The position numbers and the translations under genes are program-made. The notes below the pieces were generated by a model. That model ran no database searches. It was not told where the DNA came from and saw only the letters and a list, made by a program, of their open reading frames with translations. From Eledone cirrhosa (taxonomy: Eukaryota): 64,000 nt of DNA. Positions 1 through 12,181 of the stretch are shown in pieces; position 1 is the first letter of the stretch, and each line of letters begins with the position of its first letter. The stretch spans positions 19,406,001 through 19,470,000 of the forward strand of contig OZ024762.1 in NCBI GenBank assembly GCA_964016885.1, given 5' to 3'.

Positions 1-9
1 GTATAGAAG

Positions 10-62
10 GAGCTTCTACAGGACTAGTACTGTTTCATTCAGATGAAATCTTCAGGAAGCTC
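10..62 (-). ncRNA. Type I hammerhead ribozyme (family A)
   Basis: Reverse complement reads gagcttc-CTGAAGA-tttcatctgaat-GAAA-cag-tactagtc-ctg-TA-gaagctc. It has a 7-bp stem I, an intact core, stem III Acag/ctgT and a GUA cleavage triplet. Confidence 0.85.
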
Positions 63-116
63 ATATATATATATATATATAATGTGTGTATATATATGTG
101 TGTATATGTGTATATA

Positions 117-169
<53 letters not shown>

Positions 170-180
170 ATATATACATG
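63..180. repeat. (TA)n/(TG)n microsatellite
   Basis: Direct dinucleotide repeats. Confidence 0.95.
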
Positions 181-485
181 TTCAACTGGCAGTTAAACAT
201 TCACACATACCACACATATATACATACAGCAATAGATATATTACATTCATGAATGTTGCACTTGTTGATTTAACAAAACATGTAAACGTTTGTTGATGCT
301 TGTTCTAAGGTATCTATTTCAACTATTTCAACATACAATACTGTAGTTCTTTTCACTTTATTTGTTTTTTGGTGTGTATTTGAATCATGGGTCATGGGGT
401 GGATTTGCTCAATTTATATTCTTGAGTGAAAAAAAAAAGGCATACCTCTTGATGCAATTGTTCAAATTACTCTAAACCCTTCAGC

Positions 486-1628
486 ATTTACATTACTCTA
501 TATATACTATTATATTTTCATGGTAAAGGCTTTACCTCACATAAATATCTCACATAACATTCTCATTACTCTATATATACTATTATATTTTCATGGTAAA
601 GGCTTTACCTCACATAAATATCTCACATAACATTCACATTACTCTATATATACTATTGTATTTTCATGGTAAAGGCTTTACCTCACATAAATATCTCACA
701 TAACATTCAGATTACTCTATATATACTATTATATTTTCATGGTAAAGGCTTTACCTCACATAAATATCTCACATAACATTCACATTACTCTATATATACT
801 ATTATATTTTCATGGTAAAGGCTTTACCTCACATAAATATCTCACATAACATTCACATTACTCTATATATACTATTATATTTTCATGGTAAAGGCTTTAC
901 CTCACATAAATATCTCACATAACATTCACATTACTCTATATATACTATTATATTTTCATGGTAAAGGCTTTACCTCACATAAATATCTCACATAACATTC
1001 ACATTACTCTATATATACTATTATATTTTCATGGTAAAGGCTTTACCTCACATAAATATCTCACATAACATTCACATTACTCTATATATACTATTATATT
1101 TTCATGGTAAAGGCTTTACCTCACATAAATATCTCACATAACATTCACATTACTCTATATATACTATTATATTTTCATGGTAAAGGCTTTACCTCACATA
1201 AATATCTCACATAACATTCACATTACTCGATATATACTATTATATTTTCATGGTAAAGGCTTTACCTCACATAAATATCTCACATAACATTCACATTACT
1301 CTATATATACTATTATATTTTCATGGTAAAGGCTTTACCTCACATAAATATCTCACATAACATTCACATTACTCGATATATACTATTATATTTTCATGGT
1401 AAAGGCTTTACCTCACATAAATATCTCACACAACATTCACATTACTCTATATATACTATTATATTTTCATGGTAAAGGCTTTACCTCACATAAATATCTC
1501 GCATAACATTCACATTACTCTATATATACTATTATATTTTCATGGTAAAGGCTTTACCTCACATAAATATCTCACATAACATTCACATTACTCTATATAT
1601 ACTATTATATATTCATGGTAAAGGCTTT
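486..1628. repeat. 61-bp tandem array (about 18 units) derived from a MITE segment
   Basis: Unit cattcacattactctatatatactattatattttcatggtaaaggctttacctcacataaatatctcacataa repeated head to tail. Confidence 0.95.
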
Positions 1629-1962
1629 CATTCATTTCATTTTACGTCCACTTTTCCCTGCTTGCAAGGGTGGGACGGGAACTGATTCTGGCTTGATTTC
1701 TACAGCTAGATGCCCTTCCTAACACCAACCTCATTTACAGTGAGTGCTGGGTGCTTTTTTTGCCGTGGCACCACCACGACCACTTTGCAGTGGAATGATA
1801 TGGACCCCAGTCCCTATCATCTCATTTCTACAGCTGAGTAAACTGGAGCAATGTGAAATAAAGTGTCTTGCTCAAGGAAACAACACATCACCCGGTCTGA
1901 GAATTGAACTCACAACCTTTCGATTGCAAGGCCAATGCTCTAACCACTAAGCCATGTGCCTC
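1629..1962 (-). mobile_element. tRNA-derived SINE family 1 (CORE-like central domain, RTE-type tail)
   Basis: Minus strand has an A box TGGCTTAGTGG, a B box GAGTTCAATTC, a central ccttgagcaagacacttt motif and a tail ending ggacgtaaaatgaaatgaatg. Near-identical copies lie at 4251, 48347 and 53338. Confidence 0.88.
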
Positions 1963-2765
1963 ACATAATATCTCACATAACATTCACATTACTCTATATA
2001 TACTATTATATTTTCATGGTAAAGGCTTTACCTCACATAATATCTCACATAATATTCACATTACTCTATATATACTATTATATTTTCATGGTAAAGGCTT
2101 TACCTCACATAATATCTCACATAATATTCACATTACTCTATATATACTATTATATTTTCATGGTAAAGGCTTTATCTCACATAATATCTCACATAACATT
2201 CACATTACTCTATATATACTATTATATTTTCATGGTAAAGGCTTTACCTCACATAATATTCACATTACTCTATATATACTATTATATTTTCATGGTAAAG
2301 GCTTTACCTCACATAATATCTCACATAATATTCACATTACTCTATATATACTATTATATTTTCATGGTAATGGCTTTACCTCACATAATATCTCACATAA
2401 CATTCACATTACTCTATATATACTATTATATTTTCATGGTAAAGGCTTTACCTTACATAATACCTCACATAACATTTACATTACTCTATATATACTATTA
2501 TATTTTCATGGTAAAGGCTTTACCTCACATAATATCTCACATAACATTCACATTACTCTATATATACTATTATATTTTCATGGTAAAGGCTTTACCTCAC
2601 TTAAATATCTCACATAACATTCACATTACTCTATATATACTATTATATTTTCACAGTAAAGGCTTTACCTCACATAATATCTCACATAACATTCACATTA
2701 CTCTATATATACTATTGTATTTTCATGGTAAAGGCTTTACCTCACATAATATCTCACATAATATC
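1963..2765. repeat. About 60-bp tandem array (same MITE-derived unit, 1-bp shorter variant)
   Basis: The unit has cacataatatctc instead of cacataaatatctc. Confidence 0.95.
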
Positions 2766-2812
2766 GAATCTATGTGATGTTGGTATTATTTATTTTGAGA
2801 ACAATACCTTAA

Positions 2813-3033
2813 CCCTTTAGCATTCAAACCGGCCACAACCGGCTAGAATTCCCTCACCTCTTTCTGTTCAAACTGGCCGTAACTAGCCACTCATACTGAT
2901 GTTAAGGTCTTGTTTTCAAAGTTAATAATAATATCATCAAAATCTCATAGATTCGATGTGAATAATTATGTAAGGTAAAGCCTTTACTGTGAAAATACAA
3001 TAGTAGATATAGAGTAATGTGAATGTTAAAGGG
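2813..3033 (+). mobile_element. piggyBac-type MITE (about 220 bp)
   Basis: TTAA-CCCTTTAGCATT ... AATGTTAAAGGG-TTAA gives terminal inverted repeats with TTAA duplication. Paralogues at 6499, 10549, 18570 and 21685. Confidence 0.85.
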
Positions 3034-3403
3034 TTAACTTCGGTATGAGTGGCCGGTTACAGCCAGTTTGATCAGTTTGTCAAGTGGAGGGATGTGCTGT
3101 GAAGGACCTGTCCTAACTATGATGAAGACACCTGCCAAGTGGAAAGATGTTGTGCTGAGAAGGGCACACCCAAACTATGCAAGCATGGAAAAACAGACGT
3201 AGAAATGACGATGATGATCTGTCCACCAGTAAAGATACTATAAACATTTGAATGAATTGTTTCTACATTTGGCAATTAGAAGGAAGTCGTTTGAGATGAC
3301 CTCAGTGCGTTACTGGTATTTTATTTTATCGACCTCCATAAGGATGAAAAGCAAAGTTCTATGCCACAAAGCATGTCGTCCAACAGACTATCATAGCAAG
3401 ACA

Positions 3404-3593
3404 TGCGGTGGATTGGCAGTATCAGTAGAGAGTCGGACGCCATGCTTTCCAGCATAGTTACGTCCCTTTACGGTCTGAGTTCAAATCCCGCCGAGGTTAA
3501 CTTTGCCTTTCATCCTTACGGGATCGATAAAATAAAGTACCAGTAATACACTGAGATAATTGCTGGCCTTGTGCCAAAAGTAGAAACAATTAT
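3404..3593 (+). mobile_element. tRNA-derived SINE family 2 (about 190 bp)
   Basis: A-box-like tggcagtatcag, B box gagttcaaatcc, central gttaactttgcctttcatccttacggggtcgataaaataaagtaccag (resembles the Meta-SINE domain, from memory). More than 10 copies in the window. Confidence 0.85.
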
Positions 3594-3957
3594 TTAGTAG
3601 AAAACAGTTGTATGGCTGCATCATGTTCAGGCCTTAAGTCTTTAGTCTAAAATTGTAAATTTTCACTAAGACCTATCCACTAGTAAAGATACTATAAACA
3701 TTTGAATTAACGAGCCTATTTCTAAATATAATCTTAGTAGACAGATCGTTATGAAAATTTTGCAGTATTAAAATAAAAACTTCAGATTTTTATTGTGATA
3801 CAGTCATGGTACTGATTGTACTTGTTAAGAATGTTTTGCTAATGTGGTTTTATGTGGTTCAGCACATTAAGAGTTAACAGACCTGTGGTCAAAGACATAT
3901 ATGTTTCCAGTTCCTGCATAGTTTTCGTTAAAACTCTTTTGTTTCAGTTTAATTGGG

Positions 3958-4252
3958 TGAATTAAGTAAGTGCAATAATTGCAGGAGCTGGTACAGTAAT
4001 GCACCAGCTCCTGCATTTGATAATCAGAAGGGAGGTAGGTGTATAAGTCAAACTCACTACCTTCCATTCGGTGTTCACCACTTGGCAGGTTTCTTCACCA
4101 TAGTTTGGACGGGCCCTTCTCAGCACATCTCTCCATTTGGCACATTTCTTCACCATCCTTTGGACAGGTCCTTCTCAACACAACATCTATTATAGACATT
4201 CAAAAATGACTTTTACCTATGGTCATGAATCTTGGGTAATAACGGAAAGAAT
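3958..4252 (+). pseudogene. Degenerate RTE-clade LINE RT fragment
   Basis: Translates in part to IAGAGTVMHQL... and TFTYGHESWVITER, an RTE-like LTYGHExW motif. Homologous to 43880-44180. Confidence 0.6.
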
Positions 4253-4596
4253 CATCATCATCATCATCATTTCATTTACGTCCGCTTTTTCCCTGCTTGC
4301 AAGGGTGGGACGGGAACTGATTCTGGCTTGATTTCTACAGCTGGATGCCCTTCCTAACACCAACCTCATTTACAGTGAGTGCTGGGTGCTTTTTTGCCGT
4401 GGCACCTCCACGACCACTTTGCAGTGGAATGATAGAGACCCCAGTCCCTATCATCTCATTTCTACAGCTGAGTAAACTGGAGTAATGTGAAATAAAGTGT
4501 CTTGCTCAAGGAAACAACACATCACCCGGTCTGAGAATTGAACTCACAACCTTTCGATTGCAAGGCCAATGCTCTAACCACTAAGCCATGTGCCTC
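4251..4596 (-). mobile_element. SINE family 1, full length
   Basis: Near-identical to 1629-1962, with a (CAT)n tail at 4251-4270. Confidence 0.88.
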
Positions 4597-4722
4597 CTAA
4601 TACGACCGCAAATACAAGCAGCCAAAATGGGGTTGCTCTGAAGGGTCTTTATAGAGTAACGTTACTCTATAAAGTGTAGCTCGGAGAGTATCCGCAGGTA
4701 GACCCATTATTTTTCTGAAATG

Positions 4723-5235
4723 AGTGGTGGATTGGCAGTATCGGTAGAGGGTCGGACACCATGGCAGTATCGGTAGAGGGTCGGACACCATGGCAGTATC
4801 GGTAGAGGGTCGGACACCATGGCAGTATCGGTAGAGGGTCGGACGCCATGGCAGTATCGGTAGAGGGTCGGACACCATGGCAGTATCGGTAGAGGGTCGG
4901 ACGCCATGGCAGTATCGGTAGAGGGTCGGACGCCATGGCAGTATCGGTAGAGGGTCGGACGCCATGGCAGTATCGGTAGAGGGTCGGACGCCATGGCAGT
5001 ATCGGTAGAGGGTCGGACGCCATGGCAGTATCGGTAGAGGGTCGGACGCCATGGCAGTATCAGTAGAGGGTCGGACGCCATGCTTTGATGCATTGAGTTA
5101 CGCCCCTTTATGGCCTGAGTTCAAATCCCGCCGATGTTAACTTTACCTTTCATCCTTACGGGGGTCGATAAAATAAAGTACCAGTAATCTACTGGGTAAT
5201 TGCTGGCCTTGTGCCACAAAGTAGAAACAATTATT
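4723..5235 (+). mobile_element. SINE family 2 with a 12x tandem amplification of its 29-bp head
   Basis: Unit tggcagtatcggtagagggtcggacgcca spans 4733-5080 and is followed by a normal SINE body. Flanked by the direct repeat attatttttctgaaatgag (TSD). Confidence 0.88.
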
Positions 5236-5713
5236 TTTCTGAAATGAGAGATCGCAGCTCTGATACTATGAGCTTGTGGTCAGAATGAATGGTCTGAGTA
5301 AATGGGCCTGCCTTCAGTGTTGTAGATTGGAGGCAGACAACTAGGACAGGGCACTTGTCTTAGTGGTCAGGGTGACAGTGGCTTTTGTGGCCTTTCTCCA
5401 TGAGTGACCCTTTGCCTCTCCTTACCTTTGGGGAATTCCTTATGTTTATTTTTTTTAAATGTTTATTTTCTTAGACTCTGTTATAAATTTTATTTTACAC
5501 AAAAAAAATCACACTGTATCTTCCTGTGCTGTGTTTAATGTTTTTTTAATGTGAGCCCTGTGTGGCTAATAAACAAATCATTGTTCTACTACTACTACTG
5601 CTGCTGCTGCTACTACTGCTGCTAGAATTCAATGGTGTGCCAGGCTTTTTCAATAGTATCTTTGAAGATTCATGTTCATTACTAGCTATAGAAATATGTT
5701 GCTTCACTGAACA

Positions 5714-5751
<38 letters not shown>

Positions 5752-6498
5752 TATTTATACATTATATATATATATATATGCCTCTGTGAGTGTGTGTATA
5801 TATATAATATCTTACAAACTGCCATAGAATATTTTGTATAGGTCACTAGGTTAAACATTGTTCGGTTTCTTCTTGTCTTTGTTAATATTTGCTGTTGTTC
5901 CTTGTATTTCTACTTTGAACTTCCCCATAAACCTAGTTTAGTATTTTAACCCTTTCTACCTCGAACTGCCTCCGGTTCTAGTGAAGCAAAGCTGTTTGTC
6001 TTGAAGTGTTTATATTTATGTAAAAGCCTTCCATAATTTTATGTAAGAATTTTCGTTAAGCTATCTTTCAAACACCAGCTTAATGAGAAAGTTAGTTAAT
6101 ATTACTAAAGCCCTCAATATTTTTGATAATGTTTAGAATGATTTGAAGATCATAGTGTCATTTATTAGAAATGTGATAATGCAAGAGATAAAGGGCTTAT
6201 AATTATCTCAAAACCTTACATCTTAATTTTATTTAATGACATATGTTATGTTCCAAACATCGGCTTAATAACGATAAAGTTACTTAAATTACTTAATCGC
6301 TCAAAACTCCTGTGTATTTCCTAAATTATTTGAAGATCGTATTTAGTGTCGTTTATTAGAAATGCGATGTTGCAAGAGTGAAAGTGTTTATTATCATCAT
6401 CATCATCATCATCATCATCGTCATTGTCGTTTTAACATCTTTCTTTGCTAGCATCAGTTGGATGGGTCTACCAGGGCGCTGAAAAGTTCCTGGCTTAA

Positions 6499-6710
6499 CC
6501 CATTAGCATTTAATCAACTGTATCCGGCCAGAATTCTCTCACCTCTTTCTGTTCCAACTGGCTGCTCATACTGACATTAAGCTATTGTTCTCAAAATAAA
6601 TAACAGCAAAATCTCATAGATTCGATATTTTGTGAGATAATTATGGGAGGTAAAGCCTTTACCGAGAAAATACAATAGTAAATATAGAGTAATGTGTAAA
6701 TGCTAAAGGG
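6499..6710 (+). mobile_element. piggyBac-type MITE inserted in the left TIR of the mariner-like element
   Basis: TTAA-CCCATTAGCATT...AATGCTAAAGGG-TTAA. Confidence 0.82.
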
Positions 6711-6719
6711 TTAAGGGTA

Positions 6720-7521
6720 TTGTGAAATGGTAAAGCTGTTTACCTCTACATGGGAGGTAGGACTGCTGCAATAAGTGTTGCGGAAGGGTAGAGCTGTTAG
6801 CTTTACAGGGAAGGTAGTACCGCTGCAATGTCACAAAAGGGTAGTGCTGTTACCTTTACATGGGAGATAGGACTACTGCAAATAAGTGTCACGAAAGTGT
6901 AGAGCTGTTACCTTTACATGGGAGATAGGACTACTGCAATAAGTGTCACGAAAGTGTAGAGCTGTTACCTTTACATGGGAGGTAGGACTACTGCAATAGG
7001 TGTCACGAAAGTGTAGAGCTGTTACCTTTACATGGGAGGTAGGACTACTGCAATAGGTGTCACGAAAGTGTAGAGCTGTTACCACTACAGGGGAGGTAGG
7101 ACTACTGCAATAAGTGTCATGAAAGTGTAGAGCTGTTACCTTTACATGGTAGGTAGGACTACTGCAATAAGTGTCATGAAAGTGTAGAGCTGTTACCACT
7201 ACAGGGGAGGTAGGACTACTGCAATAAGTGTCATGAAAGTGTAGAGCTGTTGCCACTACAGGGGAGGTAGGACTACTGCAATAAGTGTCATGAAAGTGTA
7301 GAGCTGTTACCACTACAAGGGAGGTAGGACTACTGCAATAAGTGTCATGAAAGTGTAGAGCTGTTACCACTACAGGGGAGGTAGCACTACTGCAATAGGT
7401 GTCACGAAAGGGTAGAGCTGTTACCTTTACATGGGAGGTAGGACTACTGCAATAAGTGTCACGAAAGGGTAGATCTGTTACCTTTACACGGGGGGGGGGG
7501 GGGGTAGGACTGCTGCAATAA
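6720..7521. repeat. 57-bp minisatellite (about 14 units)
   Basis: Unit tactgcaataagtgtcacgaaagtgtagagctgttacctttacatgggaggtaggac. Explains the 19-aa repeat ORF 6873-7559. Confidence 0.92.
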
Positions 7522-7964
7522 CTGTGAATCCGAGAGGGGAATATGTTGAATAAAATCATAATTAACTGATCCTCCAGTATCCTCTTTTACCCAAAGCCAG
7601 GAACTTTTTAGCACCTTGGTAAATAGACTAAATTAGTACTGAAGCAGGGCTACTGATCTCCCAGACAGGCAAGGGATCTGTGTCCCACTTATGTACAATC
7701 TCACATTCTACCAAGTGCACAGGGGAGGTTGTTATGTATTTGACACATCTGAAAACCTTCCATCAACATTTTATTTCAGAACATTGTTTTCTTTACTCCC
7801 ATCAATTTTCCTCTTCCTTCTTCTCTTTCTTATCCTATCTTCCAATGAAGGACTGATGTCTGAAATGCCAATACACTTTTCCTACTATATTAAGCATTAA
7901 ACTAATATATATCATCATTGTATTGTATAGCTCTCCTGTGTTATTTTTTCCTTGTTGTTTATAA

Positions 7965-8045
7965 ACTGGGTGTCTCCAAAAAATGTATACACACTTTGAT
8001 TAGAATGCTGTTGAAGAGTGTATACATTTTTTGGGATACCCTGCA
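7965..8045. mobile_element. Very short Tc1/mariner-type MITE
   Basis: gggtgtctccaaaaaatgtatacac / gtgtatacattttttgggataccc inverted repeats around a spacer of about 25 bp. Confidence 0.6.
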
Positions 8046-8165
8046 TATATACATACATATATATATATATTCATAACATAGGGTGGTCCATTGTTACATT
8101 GATAGGTGTTTGTAGAGGAATTTATCTGGTTCAAATATCAGTTCAGTATTGTCTTAGTTCCTCTG

Positions 8166-8275
<110 letters not shown>

Positions 8276-8496
8276 AAAGAGTGTATACATGTGTGTATGT
8301 GTGTGTGTAACAGTGTACACATGTATGTGTACATGTGTGTGTGGGATAACCTATTCTTGTTCCCACCAACCAAGATGTCTGCCTTTTGTTTCTTCTCTCT
8401 AGGTCATTTCATTATGTTGAATTATCTCACTCCCAAGTTAGCGTTTAGTTTTCTTCAAATCACTCCATGGAATTTTTAACCTCTCTAACACTGGCT

Positions 8497-8638
8497 AACC
8501 ACTACTACTACTACTACTACTACTACTGCTGCTGCCGCTGCTACTACTACTACTACTACTACTACTACTGCTGCTGCCGCTACTACTACTACTACCACCG
8601 CCACTACCATCACTACTACTACTATTACTGCTGCTGTG

Positions 8639-8678
<40 letters not shown>

Positions 8679-8910
8679 CACCACCACCATCACTACTACT
8701 ATTACTATGACCACCACAAGTACAAACACCACCACCATCACTACTACTACTATTACTACTGCTACCACCATCACTACCACCACCACCACTACCACCATCA
8801 CTACCACCACCACCACCACCACCACCACTACCACCATCACTACCACCACCACTACCACCACCACCACCACTACCACCACCACCACCACTACCACCACCAC
8901 TACCACTACA
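8497..8910. repeat. (ACT/ACC/GCT)n trinucleotide tract
   Basis: Simple repeat; source of the poly-Y/poly-T ORF. Confidence 0.95.
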
Positions 8911-9412
8911 TCTAAAGAAATATGTGTGTTTGTGTGTGTTACCTTTTATTTTCTATTGAAATCCGGGTGCATTTGGAAAATTCTCCTACTAATAACTTCC
9001 TTTATCTTATCCCTCCCTATATCCCTCCTTCTCTCCCTGCCACCACCACCCATCCCTCCTTCTCTCCCTGCCACCACCACCCATCCCTCCTTACTGCTCA
9101 TTTCACTGTCATACAACATTATATCATTAAACATGACCATCACACAACCAGTCCTGCATGTTTAGATAATCTCCCTTTCTTGTCTACCTCTCTCTCCCCC
9201 CATCTCTCATCTACACCCCCCTCTCTTTTGTAACCCCCCCACTCTCACTCTCCCTCTCTTTTCTATTTCACCCCTCTCTCTCTCTCTCGCTCTCTTTTCT
9301 ACCCTACTCCCCTCTCCTCCCCCTCTCTGCCTCTCTCTGTATTTTGTCTTCTGGAATAAAGAAGCAAAATTTCTTAATCTCTTTTCATCCACTATTAACT
9401 GTAACATCTAGA

Positions 9413-10282
9413 ATGATAGGTAGATAAATATATAGGTAGATAGGTAGATAAATATATAGGTAGATAGGTAGATAAATATATAGGTAGATAGGTAGATAAA
9501 TAGATATGTTTCTTTTATTTGCCACCAGGGCATCAAAAGTGGGACAAGTACAAAGGGGGGAGTTTACACAAAAAGGCGTCCTCAATATGGAGGAGGCAAT
9601 AACAAAATATAAAAATAAAATAAAATATAACAAAAAATAAAATTTATAACAAAATCCTCAATAGAGAGGAGGCGCCTTGGGGGGTCGCACACACCCCCGA
9701 AAAAAGTGTGCAACCCTTTTTCTCAGGAGCACAGAGAGGGGGTGCTCCCTCGTTCCTTCCTCTTTTATAGATAGATAGATAGATTGATAGGTAGATAGCT
9801 TGATAGACAAATAGATAGATAATGTAACTCAATCGATAGATAGATAGGTAGGTAGGTAGATCAATCGATAGATACATAGATAGGTAGGTTGATAGATCAA
9901 TCGATAGATACATAGATAGGTAGGTTGATAGATAGGTAGGTAGATCAATCGATAGATACATAGATAGGTAGGTTGATAGATAGGTAGGTAGATCAATCGA
10001 TAGATACATAGATAGGTAGGTTGATAGATAGGTAGGTAGATCAATCGATAGATACATAGATAGGTAGGTTGGTAAGTAGATCAATCGATAGATACATAGA
10101 TAGGTAGGTTGGTAGGTAGATCAATCGATAGATACATAGATAGGTAGGTTGATAGTTAGTTAGGTAGATCAATCGATAGATACATAGATAGGTAGGTTGG
10201 TAGGTAGATCAATCGATAGATATATTGGTATATAGATAAATGGCTGGATAGATAGAAAGATAGATGAATCAGATAGATAGAT
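9413..10282. repeat. (TAGA/TAGG)n-based compound repeats
   Basis: gataggtagataaatata units (9413-9505) and gatcaatcgatagatacatagataggtaggtt units (9830-10225). Confidence 0.85.
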
Positions 10283-10548
10283 CCTGTGTGCGATTTACAA
10301 ACTAAAACTTAGTTTTATGCAATAAAACAAGAGCTTTTCTTTATGCTGTCTTAACAACAGAGCTTATTTGCCTTTTTCTTTTGATCCAGCTATATAATTG
10401 TAGACAGTTTTAGTTGCGTGTGGTTTTATATACAACACAGAGTGGAATGGAATGTGGTGGAGGCACATGTCCTAGTGGTTAGTGTGTTGGGGATCATGAT
10501 GTAGATGTGGGTTTGATTCCTCGACCAGGTGGTGCTTTGTTTTCTTAA

Positions 10549-10766
10549 CCCGGCCTTTAAATCGGCCACATCCTGCCAGAATTCTCTCACCTCTTTCTGT
10601 TCAAACTCACCATAATTGCCCACCCATACTAACGTTAAGGTATTATTCTGAAAATAAATAATATCAAAATCTCGTAGATTTGATATTATGTGAGATAATT
10701 ATGTGAGGTAAAGCCTTTACCATAAAAATACAATAATATATAAAGAGTAATATAAATGCTAAAGGG
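10549..10766 (+). mobile_element. piggyBac-type MITE inserted into an old SINE family 1 copy
   Basis: TTAA-CCC...AATGCTAAAGGG-TTAA. The SINE head gaggcacatgtcctagtggttag (10460) precedes it and the central domain ggaagatactttatttc follows it. Confidence 0.75.
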
Positions 10767-10939
10767 TTAAGGAAGATACTTTATTTCCCATTGCATTTCA
10801 TGATACCCGTAGGACTGAGGCCCCTATCGTCAAAACACTTAAGAAACTTATGATAGGCAGGCTTATACGAGCCCTGTTAAACATGCATAGGTGTAATCTT
10901 CTTACCATATGACATATGCACAATGGTTTGAGTAAGAGA

Positions 10940-11100
10940 GAGAGATTGGTGAGACAGACTAAGGTGTCATTTGCAGTATTATGGCTTACTTCCTGGCTGC
11001 CAAGAGTACGTCTGAGGGGGCAATCTTGAATAACATACAGCACTGTCTGGTCAGGGTCCTCACTGTCACATGTTGGGCTGTCCTGGCATAAGTGTAATAA
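10940..11100 (-). pseudogene. Non-LTR retrotransposon C-terminal zinc-knuckle remnant
   Basis: Translation DSPTCDSEDPDQTVLYVIQDCPLRR resembles the CxC...QT..H....CP motif. Confidence 0.45.
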
Positions 11101-11117
11101 ATATCGTCTATTTTCCA

Positions 11118-11330
11118 TGATGTGCATGGAGGATGACCACTGGGTAAAGAAGTGCCAAGAAATCCCAGTAGAAGGAAGACAACAGAGGAAGATCACGAAA
11201 ATCATGGTCAGCGGAGGTGGTGAGAGCTGACGTCAGATCGCTAAAGCTCACGGAGGAAATGACGAAGGATCATGACAAAGGGAGAGATGCTGTGCCACCC
11301 TTGCAAGCAGGGAAAATGATGATGATGATT
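11118..11330 (+). pseudogene. RTE LINE 3' end fragment
   Basis: MEDDHWVKKCQEIPVEGR...EVVRADVRSLKLTEEMTKDHDK followed by a cccttgcaagcagggaaaatgatgatg tail. Homologous to 26300-26442. Confidence 0.7.
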
Positions 11331-11776
11331 TCCATGCTTCCATGGGTTAGACAAGTTGTCATGTTCTGAGAAGGTGGCAAATTGGCAGAGTTGTTAGAAT
11401 TTCAGATAGAATTCTTAGTAATATTCATTTCAGTTCTCTGCTCTCTGAGTTCAAATCCTGCCGAGGTCAAGTTTGCCTTTCATCCATTCAGGGTTGATAA
11501 AAAAAGTACCAGTCAAGTACTGGGGTCGATTGTTCTTTTATATTTCTTTCTCACTTCCTTTCTCTCTCTATCCTTCTCTGGAAGAAATCAGCTGTACTCA
11601 GGCCTGAAGAGGAGATGGGCTCCGCTAGGCTTAAAATGGCCAAGAAACACTGTATGTCAGTACGGCACCTCTACGACTCTATCAGGAGTTACGGGACCAT
11701 ACATACATATTCTGAGACATGACAGGTCAGACAACAACATGTAGCTCATATGCTCCGTTTTGTTATAGTTTCTACA

Positions 11777-11910
11777 GCTGGTTGCCCTTGTATAAGCCGG
11801 CTGGTTGCCCTTGTATAAGCCGGCTGGTTGCCCTTGTATAAGCCGGCTGGTTGCCCTTGTATAAGCCGGCTGGTTGCCCTTGTATAAGCCGGCTGGTTGC
11901 CCTTGTATAA
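11777..11910. repeat. 23-bp tandem repeat (about 6 units)
   Basis: Unit gctggttgcccttgtataagccg. Confidence 0.9.
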
Positions 11911-12181
11911 TCCAAGGCAGTTAATCAACACATGTTTAGATTGTGTGGTTTTGTAAATTCCCACAAGTGGAGAGTATTTTTATCAAGTTTTAATATTTTA
12001 ATATCTAAAAATGTTTTTAAAGTGTCGTTTAGAGTATATTTTTGGTGTCACAGCTTCAAATACATCTGGATATATTTAACACTTCATCTGTTTTATAAAG
12101 TTTCAACAAGTTTCTTGAATTTTTGTATACTTCTTTGTAGTATACAACAATAGCGCCATCTTTGGATTGTAACAGGTTTTT

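Larger units (their letters stand above)
473..3075 (-). mobile_element. Disrupted piggyBac-type MITE carrying a tandem array, a SINE and a nested MITE
   Basis: Begins taaacccttcagcatttacattactc, the reverse complement of the MITE end seen at 3010-3037. After the array it continues as atatcgaatctatg...acaataccTTAA and resumes after 3037 as ...gtatgagtggccggttacagccagtttg. Confidence 0.7.
6471..7619. mobile_element. Tc1/mariner-type non-autonomous element
   Basis: TA-ccagggcgctgaaaagttcctggctt..gggta ... tacccaaagccaggaactttttagcaccttgg-TA forms imperfect TIRs with TA flanks. Confidence 0.7.

Noticed and set aside
1880-1962. tRNA gene
   Set aside because: The A/B boxes belong to the SINE head, joined to a repeated body; no full cloverleaf.
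7838-7875. Penelope-like end motif caatgaaggactgatgtctgaaa
   Set aside because: The core is too degenerate and no stem I pairing was found.
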